Positions 1 through 12,880 of a stretch of 64,000 bases of DNA are shown piece by piece (the first letter of the stretch is position 1; the number at the start of each line of letters is the position of its first letter). A program made the translations under genes and the position numbers. Location of the stretch: contig NC_068993.1 in assembly GCF_001194135.2 (NCBI RefSeq), positions 10,628,782 to 10,692,781 on the forward strand. Reading direction: 5' to 3'. Under the pieces are notes generated by a model, which was not told the origin of the DNA, ran no database searches, and saw only the letters and a program-made list of their open reading frames with translations. Source of the stretch: Octopus bimaculoides. Its lineage: Eukaryota.

Positions 1-48
1 AGGGGAAGTAAACACACCAACATTGGTTGTCGAGCAACGTTTGGAGGA

Positions 49-98
<50 letters not shown>

Positions 99-262
99 CA
101 TATATACGACGGGCTTCTTTCAGTTTCCGTCTACCAAATCCACTCACAAGGCTTTGGATGGCCTGAGGCTATAGTAGAAGACACTTGCCCAAAGTGCCAT
201 GCAGTGGGACTGAACCTGGAACCATGTGGTTAGTAAGCAAGCTACTTACCACACAGCCACTC
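1..262 (-). mobile_element. tRNA-derived SINE family B (CORE-like, internal microsatellite), 5' half
   Basis: Reverse strand has A-box TGGCTGTGTGG, B-box GGTTCAGTCCC and the body TTGGGCAAGTGTCTTCTACTATAGCC...GGATTTGGTAGACGGAAACTGAAAGAAGCCC, then (TA)/(TG)n; >25 related pieces in the window. Confidence 0.85.
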
Positions 263-370
263 GATGGACTCTCCTGTTAAAGACGGCATATGAGCATTCA
301 GCTTTTGCCAAATGACCAGCACAAATGATTTGTTTATAGTGATCAAGCAGACGTTAAACGACAATGATGA

Positions 371-405
<35 letters not shown>

Positions 406-851
406 CATATATATACACACATACATGCATGCACATACAGGATGAGATTCCTTTCAGTTTCCGCCTACCAAATCTGCTCACGAGGCTTTAGTTGGCTCAA
501 ATGCCATAGTAGAAGACAGTGAGATATATAGTTACAAAAACTAATTTTTTTCACTTGGGAATTCATTTCAAAGTCCACCCTCTCCTGTTTTATTGCTTAA
601 TTTTATTTCTTTAACTTTGATTTTTCTTCTGATTTTTTTTTTTGAGGCTTCTATTTAGGTCATTTACTAAATCATTCTGACTGGACTTTAAACTGCTCCC
701 CCCCACCACTATATTGACAAGTTACACCCCCCCATCATGTCTTAGTGTGCATGTGTGTACGTGTATATACACACACACACCCACACCATGTTCTCTCACT
801 TGCGTATTCACAGCACTATTTTTAAATATATGTGCGTCTATATATACATAA

Positions 852-893
<42 letters not shown>

Positions 894-1110
894 ATATACA
901 AATATATGTGTGTTCACATACACATTTTTATATATTTATGTGTGTAGATATGTGTGTATGTCCACACACACCAGGTTGTAATTTGTTACTGTTGATCAAA
1001 TGTTTTATTATACAGGTATATGTTTACAAATGTATAACTTAAGTGAATATATACAACATGCATCATCACAGCTTTCTGTCGATACACGCACACACACGTG
1101 TATATATATA

Positions 1111-1330
1111 TCATCATCATCATCATCGTTTAACGTCCGCTTTCCATGCTAGCATGGGTTGGACGATTTGACTGAGGACTGGTGAAACCGGATGGCAACA
1201 CCAGGCTCCAGTCTGATTTGGCAGAGTTTCTACAGCTGGATGCCCTTCCTAACGCCAACCACTCAGAGAGTGTAGTGGGTGCTTTTACGTGTCACCCGCA
1301 CGAAAACGGCCACGCTCGAAATGGTGTCTT
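1111..1330 (-). mobile_element. RTE LINE 3'UTR with (GAT)n tail (family A)
   Basis: Near-identical to copies at 9.1, 9.9, 25.9, 29.7, 38.7, 48.9 and 49.6 kb; same strand as, and directly downstream (across an N-gap) of, the RTE ORF end at 1555-1777. Confidence 0.85.
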
Positions 1331-1554
1331 NNNNNNNNNNNNNNNNNNNNNNNNNNNNNNNNNNNNNNNNNNNNNNNNNNNNNNNNNNNNNNNNNNNNNN
1401 NNNNNNNNNNNNNNNNNNNNNNNNNNNNNNNNNNNNNNNNNNNNNNNNNNNNNNNNNNNNNNNNNNNNNNNNNNNNNNNNNNNNNNNNNNNNNNNNNNNN
1501 NNNNNNNNNNNNNNNNNNNNNNNNNNNNNNNNNNNNNNNNNNNNNNNNNNNNNN

Positions 1555-1777
1555 ACTTGGCTTGCCGGGTCTTCTCACGCACAGCCCATTTTCAAAGGTC
1601 TCGGTCCATAGTCATCGCCTCGGTGAGGCCCAATGTACGAAGGTCTTGCCTCACCACCTCAGCCCAGGTCTTCCTGGGCCTACCTCTTCCACGGGTTCCC
1701 TCAACTGTTAGGGTGTGGCACTTTTTCACGCAGCTATCCTCCTCCATTCTCACCACATGTCCATACCAGCGCAATCG
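1555..1777 (-). mobile_element. RTE-clade LINE ORF2 C-terminus, 5'-truncated
   Basis: Translates to RLRWYGHVVRMEEDSCVKKCHTLTVEGTRGRGRPRKTW...DLRTLGLTEAMTMDRDL*KWAVREKTRQAK, matching the RTE C-terminal motif (RW.GHV.RM...GRPRK.W). Confidence 0.9.
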
Positions 1778-1808
<31 letters not shown>

Positions 1809-3097
1809 GTATCCACACACACACACACACACACACATACATACTCACAAATTCATATACTCATATAATACAATTATAAATTAATATATGGATACACATA
1901 TACATACACACATCTCTTTATCTACCTATCTAACTCTGCGTATGTGTGTGTTTATAAATAAATTTTTGTACAAACACAGACACACAAAAATATACATACA
2001 TATGCATACATATAAATATGCACATATATTTATGCACATTAATATATACTCACACAAGCTAAAATATATGTATATGAATTTCAATCTTTTTAACCAAATA
2101 AAACAAGTTTCTGAAAGAGGTGTGGCCCATAGCCAGTTACAATGACCCAACCCAATAATAATTTGGTGGTATATTTTCCATGCACCAGAGGGACAAAAAA
2201 AGTTATAGAAATTTATCGCTAGATAAGTTGTCAGTTAAGTTATTTCTGAAAGTTTAACCAGTATTAATAAACTTGATCCATTGTAAAGTGTTCTGTGATT
2301 TTTCAACTTGTTCACATCGTCATAATTTAGCATCTGCTTTTTCATGCTTATGCTTACACGGGTCAGACAGAAATTGTCGAGGCAAATTTTCTATGACTAG
2401 ATGCCCTTTCCTATTGCCAACCCTTACTTGTTTCAAAGCAAGGAAATATTTCCTCATGACCAGACATGTCTTTTTTTTTTTTTTTTTTCTGGATGCTCTT
2501 CTTCTAGTCAAACCTCACCTGTTTCCAAATAAGGTAATATTTCTCTGCGACCAGACAGGTTTTTTTCACATATGACTGGAAATGAGCAACATCATTTTTA
2601 TGATGGTGATGCTCATTTTTTTTAACAAGTCCCTTAACCCCTCAGAGGCCTTTGGGGTGCTGCAGCCATGCAGTGTATCTAAGGTGAGAAAGCCTGGTGG
2701 AGCTCATCCCTCTCCAGGCTAACCCTAACCCTTATTTCTACAGCTGAATGGAGCGGAACAAAGTGAACTGAAGTGCTTCGCTCAAGGACACAACAGATTG
2801 CCCAGTCCACAGATTGAAACGACAATCTTATGGTCATGAATCCAACACCCTAACCACCAAGTGACATGCCTCCACTAGTGGTGCTCATTTCTACAGCTGA
2901 GTGCACTGGAGCAACATGAAATGAAGTGTTTTGCTCAAGAACACAATTCCAGTGCAGGAATTGAAACCACAATCTTACAATTGCAAGTCCAACACCCTAA
3001 TCACTAAGCCACACACCTCCACAACCACTAAACCATGCACCTCCATGATATTGGTTTTCAACCATCAAATGATGTGAAATGGTTTACTCATGTACAC

Positions 3098-3245
3098 CAG
3101 ATGTGGGCAACCGTTTTTGAGGAGTGAGCCACATAAGACACGGCTCATCATCAGACAAACCACACTACCAAAAAAGAAATTCAAGATAATTTTACATCAG
3201 GCATACCATTCAGAAAGGCCCATGGGCCGCAGTTTCCTGAGACTG
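3098..3245. mobile_element. hAT-type MITE (about 150 bp)
   Basis: CAG...GGGCAAC and GGGCCGCAGTTT...CTG termini; degenerate 8-bp flanks ATGTACAC/GTATACAA; homologous to 37375-37527. Confidence 0.6.
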
Positions 3246-4029
3246 GTATACAAAAGAACTCACATACTTAAATACATATGCAATGGCCTTGGACCCATCA
3301 GATCCTGTCAAACTATCCAACTCATTCCAGCATGGAACATGGACATTAGACGATTATGATAATGATGTTGGTGATGCCTTAAGCAGAACAATTTAGAATC
3401 TTTGTGGTAGCATCTTGAATTTTCTTACAATCTCTACATTAGGAAAAGATTAAAAAATTAATTTACTTTAATAACAATGTCATCTTTTGATTCTTGATTT
3501 CTAATTCTTTGACCAGATTTAGGATAGCTTCCATGTCCTAATTCCACTGAGGTTATATAATTCCTGGTTTTGCATTATATTTCCTCTCCTATTCCTTTCT
3601 CCCATCTTTTTATGTATTTTTCCCCTGCTAGCTATAACATATAGAAGCATTGTGTTCTGCAGCTGGATGCTTTTCTTGATATTAACACTTTTACTTGCTT
3701 TTCAAGTTAAGTTAAGGAGTGTTCATTCAACTTCTCTCGAAAAGCACAGAGCCACCAAATGATTTATTGACAGGAAAAATGTCAACAATGACACCAAAGC
3801 TGGAGAGAGCAAAAATAAAACCACACATTTTCACACTCCTATTAGTTACAGCTGTCCAGGAATTCAAATTAATCATTTGAAGCTAAATGAGGATACACTG
3901 AAATAAACCTTTCAACTATGGCAGAGTGCAGTGGAAGAGGTATTGGTTTCTACTTATCAAATAATCTGCAAAATCTCTCTTCTGAGGTCATAACCTCAAA
4001 ATATTTTAACAGTAGGTCTCTCTCTCTCA

Positions 4030-4057
<28 letters not shown>

Positions 4058-4077
<20 letters not shown>

Positions 4078-4245
4078 GAGAATTCACGAAAAAACAACAG
4101 ACGAAGACAGGTGGTGTAGAAAACAAACAGATGTATTAGTATAACGCTCGGGAATAGAGAAAGTCTTTAACGTTTCGAGCCTACGCTCTTCAACAGAAAG
4201 GAACACAGAAAGAAACAAGGAGAGAAAAAAAAATATATGTGTAGT
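4058..4245 (-). mobile_element. Penelope-like element terminal fragment with hammerhead-like core
   Basis: Minus 4196-4170 reads CTGTTGA-A-GAGC-GTAG-GCTC-GAAAC-GT, the CTGANGA..stem..CGAAACGT signature of PLE termini. Confidence 0.55.
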
Positions 4246-4929
4246 GTTAAAATAGGCCAACAGGTCTTAGGGTCTGAAGATACATCATAAGGGTACCCTT
4301 TATGGTGAGAAATCCAGGATAACCCTATGGACCAGCCTTCACCAGTAATTAATATAGATTGCTCTACTTCTTGGAGTGTGCTTCTTCTCTGGATTTATGT
4401 TTTTCTAAAAAAAGAATATATATATATACTGAAGCAGGCCTTGGAACACAATGCAGTCCTTAGACACATCAGAACTTGTCAAACTATCCAAGCCATCCCA
4501 GCACGTAACATGGACATTAAATGATGATGATGCCTTAAACAGAGACAAATTAGTTCATAATCTTTGTGGTAGCATCTTGGGTGTTCTTACAATCTCTACA
4601 TTAGGAAAAGGAAATAAAAAAACATGAATTTATCTTAATAAAAATGTCCTTTTTTGATTTTTGATTTCTCAGTCTTTGACCAGAAGCTGTTTTTGCTTCA
4701 GTTATAAACAACATGGTGTGTTTTATTTTATGCAAGGACAACATCGTGCCTCATAGAATCAGAACAGCAATTTGGCTTGTTGAATGAAGGGGGTTGTTTG
4801 AGGGTAGGAGATGATGACAGAGCTGTGTGATGGCCTTGGTGTAAATGTAACAAAGCTGTCAGTTTTCTGTCAAACCATGGAGAATTAAATGTTTCACTCT
4901 CATTCCCTCCCCCTCTCTCTCTCACTGTC

Positions 4930-5215
4930 TCATCATCATCTTTTAACATCAACTTTCCATGCTGGCATGGGTTGGACAGCTTGACATGGAACTGGTCAGC
5001 TGGGAGCTGTCCAGACTCCAACTGCCCATTGTGGCATGGCTTCTACGGCTGGAAGCCTTTCCTAATGTCAGCCACTTAACAGAGTGCACTGGGTGCTTTT
5101 TATGTGCCACCAGCACAGGTGCGTTTACACGGCACCAGTACAGGTGCTTTCTAAGTGGCACTGGCACGTGAAAGGACAAACCTGTGCATGTGGTAGATAG
5201 TGATTTTTATTTAGC
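4930..5215 (-). mobile_element. Older RTE 3'UTR (family A) copy
   Basis: CATCAT tail, CCATGCTGGCATGGGTTGGAC, CTACGGCTGGAAGCCTTTCCTAATGTCAGCCAC core; diverged. Confidence 0.75.
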
Positions 5216-6118
5216 TTACTGTGTCTTATCAAGTACAGCAAATTGCCATCGCAACCAGGTGGTTTTGAGTTCAGCCCCACTGTGTGGCACGTTAAGGCGA
5301 GTGACGTTTACTATAGTCCCAGGGTGCCCAATGTCTTGTTAGTGAATTTGATAGCTGGAAACTGTGTGGAAGCCTGTCATGTATTCTTTTATTCTTTAAC
5401 TTGTTTAAGTCATTTGACTGCAGCCATGCTGGAGCACCACCTTTAGTTGAACAAATCAACCCCAGGACTTATTTATAAGGTGTTAGGAACATAAATTGTG
5501 ACTAAGGTTTGGTGGAAGATTTTAATTCAAAACTTATTAAAACAAGACATTTGTACTCAGAGCCAGTTTCAGCTGGGTTGGTAACGAATGGGTTAAACAG
5601 CTATTACATTGGCAACTGTCACGAAAAGTAATGACTGTGCTAAGTGATTAGGGAAGGGCCTCAGTGTCTGACACAATAGGAGAAAGGAGTGGATTGCAAA
5701 TACCTGAATACAGGTAACATGAACCAAGCCAGATTTAAGGAGTGGAAGTAAAAAAGGCAAAGAGAGGCGACAGTGTATCTGTGGGCCAGAGCTGGAGTAT
5801 GTCTGCAAGTGACTTGGTGCCAGTCTGGTGAGTAGCCCTTTTCTAGATGAAATCTAAGACATCTGTGTGTGCAACAGTAGCACTGTCTCAGATGTAGGAG
5901 CAATACACTATCCACAATGGATTGTGGGCCTCACCCCTGCTTTATAAGGCCTCAATAACTCTTGGGAGCTGAAGGATCTTCTGGCTCTGACAAAAAGGGA
6001 TAGTTGTTGGCTTGTGGTTTTAATTATGTTAAAGCTGCATTTTCATCCAGAAGCTATCATGTCTCCCTTGTGTTCTCTGGTATTTTTTTTATTCTCCTAC
6101 CTTCACCAAATAATATCT

Positions 6119-6346
6119 TTAACCCTTTAATATTCAGATTATTCGACAAAATGCAATACTTTTTTTGTTCAAATTATTTTTAATTAATCATCTATTATTT
6201 TGTAGCTTTGAAATTTTGTTGATGTGATTGTATATTTTATAATGCCATTGAAAGGTAAGAGTAACGGTCTGGACCTGGTGGGTTAAAACATAAAACAGGG
6301 AACACACTGGGGCAGGACATGGCTGGTTTAAATGCTAAAGGGTTAA
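6119..6346. mobile_element. piggyBac-type MITE, family 1
   Basis: TTAA-CCCTTTA ... TAAAGGG-TTAA termini; partial related copies near 15.78-15.85 kb and 41.44-41.61 kb. Confidence 0.75.
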
Positions 6347-6736
6347 TACTCAAAATCTATCACAGCTCCCTGGTGCTTTGTGGTGCTGTACTCTCTTAAT
6401 TGTATTGAGTGCACCATTTACCTCTTGCTTGTTTGGATATCAAATGTGGCATTTCTCTGGGACAAGAGTAGAGTTCTGTATATTTTCTTGGTCACTTAAG
6501 ACTTTGCTTTTTGTTTGGTTTACTATTAGACCTCTTTTGTTTTTGGTTCAAATTCCATGCTTGGAGCTTCCTCACTAATTCTCTGGCAGATTCAGTTATG
6601 AGAATTAGAACCATGGCATGCAGGAGTTCCCACGGTCTTGAACTCCTTTGTTATGGCCTCAAAAAGAAACTATAAAAAATAAGTAGTGGGAGGGAGCCAT
6701 GACAATAGAAATTTTCTATGTGTGTGTGTATCTGTC

Positions 6737-6774
<38 letters not shown>

Positions 6775-7320
6775 CAATGATCTTCTACTGAAAAGATTTG
6801 ATTGTTGAAGCAATATTTACTTGAAGCATTCAAGCATATAATAAAAGTTGTCAGACAACCAGAACTCAATGACAATTTACAATGATGATTCTACAGGTTA
6901 TAGTCCAGTGCATACAGGGTGCAGGCATAATTATAACTATGCGGTTAAGATATTTCCTCAGAAAACACATAGTTGGTGGGGTGGGGCTGTTCAAATCTTA
7001 GTGTAACACCTTGAGCAAGTATCTTCTCTCACTGCCTCAAGCTGACCAAAAGAAACTTCGCGATAGAAATTTGGTAGATGGAAATTGTGTTGAAAGTCGT
7101 TGCATGGATTATCTTTTACTTTATTGTTGGGATAATCTCTTTAGTGTTAACACTATGATCACCTGATCCTTGGGCGCCATGACTGAAGTTCACTGTCTTA
7201 ATCATGCAGAATACAACACCAGTCTGAGTAGAACTTCTTTTCCTCATGCCAACAAATACATACATATATATGTGGTCTGCAGCAGTTTCAATGCTGGACA
7301 AGCGAGTATGTATATATACA

Positions 7321-7351
<31 letters not shown>

Positions 7352-7475
7352 CTATATATACATGTATTATTTAGTTGGTAAGGATGGAGGCCATTTAATT
7401 ATGTTGCATGTTTGTCTTTTTTCTTTTTGACTATACACAAAATATCCTCATGTTTATTCAACAATAGAATTCTGC

Positions 7476-7713
7476 TTAACCTTTCCATTACCATATTTCT
7501 CTTAAAATACACTGCCTTTCTTTCATTTAACTTTGAAAATAATGAGAAATTTAATAAAACAATTTAATCGTTATTAAGCAGGTGTTTGGAATAAAAATTA
7601 GCATGGAATTTTGATAGAAAGTTTTAGTTTAAATCATTTAAAAAACCCCAAGTTTGCATTTATATTGTAGAACCAATATTGGTCTAAGGCTGGTTTGGTG
7701 TGAAAAGGATTAA
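7476..7713. mobile_element. piggyBac-type MITE, family 2
   Basis: TTAA-CCTTTC ... GAAAAGGA-TTAA termini; related partial copies at about 5.48-5.60 and 15.53-15.68 kb. Confidence 0.6.
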
Positions 7714-8033
7714 TTCAGAAATGTGACACTACGTAGCTGTGAAATTAACATGTTTGACTTTAATTCAAATGTTGCTTCTTCAGCAAGTTTGTTTCATTTT
7801 TGAGCAAGTTGCTCAAATTTGCTTACCTGACTGATCAAAAAATCAAAAAATAAATAAAATAATAATCATCATCATCTTTTAATGTCCGTTTTACATGCTG
7901 TCATAGACATTAAACAATGATGATGATGAAATGTTTAAATCACTTTCTTATCATAATATGAGAGAAAAGAAAAATTTTTCCATATGCTTCTCTCCCTTAT
8001 TTGAAAACCAGCTGAACCAATCTCCAAACATAT

Positions 8034-8388
8034 TCTTTTACTTGTGTCAGTCTTTTGACTGTGGCCATGCTGGAGCACTGCCTTTAGTCGAGCAAATCGA
8101 CCCCAGGACTTATTCTTTGGAAGCCTAGCACTCATTCTACCGGTCTTTTTTTGCCGAACCGCTAAGTTACGGGGAAGTAGACAAGCAATGTGGTGGAGAC
8201 AAAGACATACAAACACATATCTATATATATATAGACGGGTTTCTTTCAGTCTCCGTTTACCAAATCCACTCATAAGGCTTTGGTCAGCCCGAGGCTACAA
8301 TAAAAAAAACACTTGCCCAAGGTGCTACGCAGTGGGACTGAACTCGGAACCATGTGGTTGGTAAGCAAGCTACTTACCACACAGCCAT
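8034..8388 (-). mobile_element. SINE family B, near full length
   Basis: tRNA-like head at the right end, CORE-like body, short internal (TA)n, 3' part ending CAGCATGGCCACAGTCAAAAGACTGACACAAGTAAAAGA. Confidence 0.9.
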
Positions 8389-8909
8389 CGGCGAATATAA
8401 ATTAACTATTGCTATAGCTACAGGCTATAAATTTTACATAGCGATGACTATGGCAGAAGGCACTGAGAGACACTGGTTCTTAAATGGCATGAAAATAAAT
8501 CACATGTGCATAGCCTGCTTGCATAGCTGAAAATGGCTGTTGAAAAAGTAAAAGCTTAAACAGAACAACTTTTCTGTAAGGCAGAGCATGAATTAATACA
8601 TTGAGTTGAGAGTAAAATTAATTATCGTTATCAAGGTTGACTACTTTTCCATTACATAAAGTTTTCCAATAGAGAGGTATTCATTAAATTGCACATGGAC
8701 ACGATTGTGTGTGTGTTGGTGTATAGATGTGTGTGTGTATGTGTATATATATAATTTAGAGAAAAGAACCAAAGTTCATGAACTCATCCATGAAAATCCA
8801 CCGTCACATATAGAAAAAATTAATAACTAAATACACTAAAAAGAATTATAATAAAATACAAAGTAATAATCATAAAATAATAATAATAATGATAATAATA
8901 ATTTATTAT

Positions 8910-8962
<53 letters not shown>

Positions 8963-9061
8963 GACACACACACATGTATGTATAGATGCATGCATATGTG
9001 TATGTGTGTACATACACACAAACATACATGCATATATGTATATGAGTGAGTGTGTGTGTTT

Positions 9062-9222
9062 GTCGTCGTCGTCGTTGTTTAACGTCTGCTTTTCATGCTA
9101 GCATGGGTTGGACGATTTGACTGAGGACTGGTGAAACCAGATGGCTACACCAGGCTCCAATCTGATTTGGCAGAGTTTCTACAGCTGGATGCCCTTCCTA
9201 ACGCCAACCACTCAGAGAGTGT
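9062..9222 (-). mobile_element. RTE 3'UTR (family A) copy
   Basis: Very high identity to 1111-1270; (GAC)n tail variant. Confidence 0.85.
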
Positions 9223-9588
9223 ATTTAGTTATAACATGCAGTGAGGCTTAACCTTCAGACGAGGAGATGAAAAAAAGGCCAATTAATCAGAACAGAATTC
9301 ACACCCTGAATTACAACTTAGAGCGTACCCAAACTGCACTGAGCTGTCAAACCACCCTATTAAGCTTCACATAACAGCTTTGACATCAGGTTAAATATAT
9401 AACATGACAATATAAGAGAATTGCACCATTTGGATTCTAGGGTATTTAGTCATACTGGCACAATGTAAAATATGATAGTTAGGCAGAACACACACACACA
9501 TATAGAGTATATGTGTGAATATATATATGTATATATATATATATATATATATAAATATATATATTATCTGAGACTGTATGACTCTTTC

Positions 9589-9638
<50 letters not shown>

Positions 9639-9920
9639 ATATATTACAGCCAAGTGCAGGATTACATAAGCTGGCTATTATCTAAAATCCCATTGAAACC
9701 CTTGTGTGAACCTATTTGGTAAGATTGGCTGTAATAGATATATGATACTGTACATTTCAATTTATATGTATGTGTCTGTGTGTGTGTGTGTATATANNNN
9801 NNNNNNNNNNNNNNNNNNNNNNNNNNNNNNNNNNNNNNNNNNNNNNNNNNNNNNNNNNNNNNNNNNNNNNNNNNNNNNNNNNNNNNNNNNNNNNNNNNNN
9901 NNNNNNNNNNNNNNNTATAT

Positions 9921-10086
9921 TACACTCTCAGCGTGGTTGGCGTTAGGAAGGGCATCCAGCTGTAGAAACTCTGCCAAATCAGATTGGAGCCTGGTGTAGC
10001 CATCCGGTTTCACCAGTTCTCAGTTCCTCAGTCAAATCGTCCAACCCATGCTAGCATGGAAAGCGGACGTTAAACGATGATGATGT
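9921..10086 (+). mobile_element. RTE 3'UTR (family A) copy
   Basis: TGGTTGGCGTTAGGAAGGGCATCCAGCTGTAGAAAC...GGACGTTAAACGATGATGATG. Confidence 0.85.
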
Positions 10087-10115
10087 TGATATATATATAT
10101 ATACATACATACATA

Positions 10116-10355
10116 CAAGGTGGTCACTAGAAAAGTGGAAGATTCATGAAATGTTGTTTTATATTTTCACAAGATTTATTTGAGGTAAACAATTAGCGCC
10201 ACAAAGTGTGACATCATATTAACACTCACAAATGGTCAACATGTCTGATAACAGAAACAGCGAATCAAAAACCACCTATCACACAGTTTTTATCGATCAA
10301 ATTAATGTTTGTTAGTTTTACCTTCAAATTTCCCACTTTTCTAGTGATCACCCTG
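10116..10355. mobile_element. Tc1/mariner-type MITE (240 bp)
   Basis: TA-CAAGGTGGTCACTAGAAAAGTGG ... CCACTTTTCTAGTGATCACCCTG-TA: 23-bp TIRs with 2 mismatches and TA duplication. Confidence 0.85.
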
Positions 10356-11234
10356 TATATATCCTCATCATTGGCATGGGTTGGACAGTTTGACATGAGC
10401 TGGCCAGACAGGAGCCTGCACCAGACTCCTGTGTCTGTCTTTTCAAGCTAAGCACCACCCATCATGATATTTGCTCCAAGTCAAGTTACAGACACTTCTT
10501 TGTCACTCTCACCAACACTCGACCAATGATCGTTCCACTAGAATATTATTGTTCATCAATGTATAAGTCCGTTTAGCCAGCGGAAACGCTACTCCAGCTG
10601 GGGGGAAAACAGCAAGGCTACTACCCATAGTCAGCTCTAATAGAAGGAGGCCCTAAAATATGATAATATATGTTACTTACCCTTGATGGAACATAAGACT
10701 TGTGAAAGAAAAGAATGATATTGTCGGTTTACATACCTGCAAGAAAGAAAAGAAAATATTTGTTAGTTTTTATATCCTTGTATGTTGGATATATAATATA
10801 ATGAAGCAAGAGGGAAAGAAAGTATTTACATGACACACTACTATTACTATTACATGAGACTTACTCTTCTCAACTGACAGCTCACAGTGAACTGCTAACC
10901 TACCTGAACTGCCAAGCGCTCACAGTTTGTTGTCTTATAACAATGAGTCAGTCCACTTTTAGTCACTTGTGGGGGTGGTTGGAATCCTTCCACAACATTA
11001 ATATTAATATTCAACGCATGGATATAGCTGAGAAGATACATTATCCATGGTCATATGCACACATCATCATCAACATTATTATCATCATTATCATCATCAA
11101 TTTAACTTCCTCTTTTTTCATGCTCTTATAAGATAATCTGGGCCTTTTGGGGCCATATTTTATGGCTGGATGCTTTCCCTGTTGCCAACATTTTGTCTCT
11201 TACTACATGCACCTATTGTGAAACCATGACATCA

Positions 11235-11280
<46 letters not shown>

Positions 11281-12410
11281 GACTTGATCTATTACCCAGT
11301 TTAACACTTACCCAGGCACCTTGTGTGACTTTAAAAAAGATGAGTTTGTTGCAAGTTTTTAGGGTCAGGTCATCTGATTGATATTACCTTTCTCTCTCTG
11401 TCTGCCAAAGCAGACAAATGAAGCCCAGGTATTTCTCCAGCTTTGCCAGCACCTGTCACATCATCCAACCCATGCAGGCAGGAAGAACAGACGTTAAATG
11501 ATAACAACAACAACAACAACAACAACAACACACACACACATGCACAACTGGCTTCATGCAGTTTCTCTCAAAGAAATCCACTCACAAGGCTTTGGTCAGC
11601 CCCAGGAAATAATAAAAAAACATTTGCCCAAGTTGGCATACAGTGGAACTGAACCCAAAACCACATGGTTGCAAAGCGAGATACTTCACCACACAACCAC
11701 GCCTGCACCTCTGAAGGAACAATCGGGGATGGCACAAAACAGATAAAAGCAAAGGTGAAACCACTTGCTAAATAATAATTCAATGTAAGTCAGTCTCTTA
11801 ATTACTCGAGTTAAAGTCTATAAGTTCTTTTATTGAAGCCGTTAAAAGCAAAGCTTATTCATCGCTTGTTGAGTTTATTTTGGCAACAAATCGTACTTAA
11901 TTTCCTACACTAACCTCTTTTCTCTCTCACGAACACCATCTGGAGCCAACATTTGAAGCAAAAACCACCACCATCACCACCACTACATCATCAACAACAA
12001 CAACTGTGAATTGCATTTATAATAACGCCCTTAGTGCTGTTTGCTAGAAGCAACTTCACTACCAGTCTCAACATACCACCATTGTAACAACAACAACTAA
12101 ATCATGATAACATAGTGCAACAACAACCAAATCATAACAGTGCAACAACAGCAACAACAACAACAATTCCTACAATAATAACTTCTGTTGGTTGCATCAT
12201 CACGACTGCCAGCATCATTCACCATCGTTGTTGTTGTCATTATCATCAATATCTTCGATGGTAGCAACGACCATTGCAACACCACCAAACGTTACCAAGA
12301 ACAACAGCAACAGATTATAAGCAGATTAGAAGCAGAACAGCTTACCATAGTCAACGTCTATCTCTGTTCCTATAATATAAACATACTCGTATCACATACG
12401 CACACACAAC

Positions 12411-12880
12411 ACATACACGCCATCACACATTAACACACACACACACACACACAAAAGTTACATACACACCATCACACACATTAACATACACACACATAAG
12501 TTACATACATACCATCACACACATTAACATATACACACACACATTACACATATACAACATCACACACATTAACATACACACACTTAAGTTACATACACAC
12601 ACACACACACAAGCTACATACACACCATCACACACACATTAACATATACATACACACACATAAGTTACATACACACCATCACACACACATTAACATATAC
12701 ACACACACACACATAAGTTACATACACACCATCACACACACATTAACATACACATACACACACATAAGTTACATACACACACACATAAGTTACATACACA
12801 CCATCACATACATTAACATACACACAACAACACAAACAGTCACATACACATTCAAGCACATTAACATACACACACAGTCA
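12411..12880. repeat. Minisatellite, about 40-48 bp unit
   Basis: Repeating ACATACACACCATCACACACATTAACATA(CA)nTAAGTT, roughly 9-10 units with variable CA runs. Confidence 0.85.

Noticed and set aside
241-262. Functional tRNA genes
   Set aside because: All tRNA-like A/B-box sequences are SINE heads or degenerate; none forms a complete cloverleaf.
1182-1330. Recurrent ORF MKPDGNTRLQSDLAEFLQLDALPNANHSESV (also 9762-10013, 25895-26113, 48156-49028)
   Set aside because: Antisense reading of the RTE 3'UTR repeat, not a gene family.
2719-2732. Telomere-like CTAACCCTAACCCT
   Set aside because: Only two units, within a SINE-related region.
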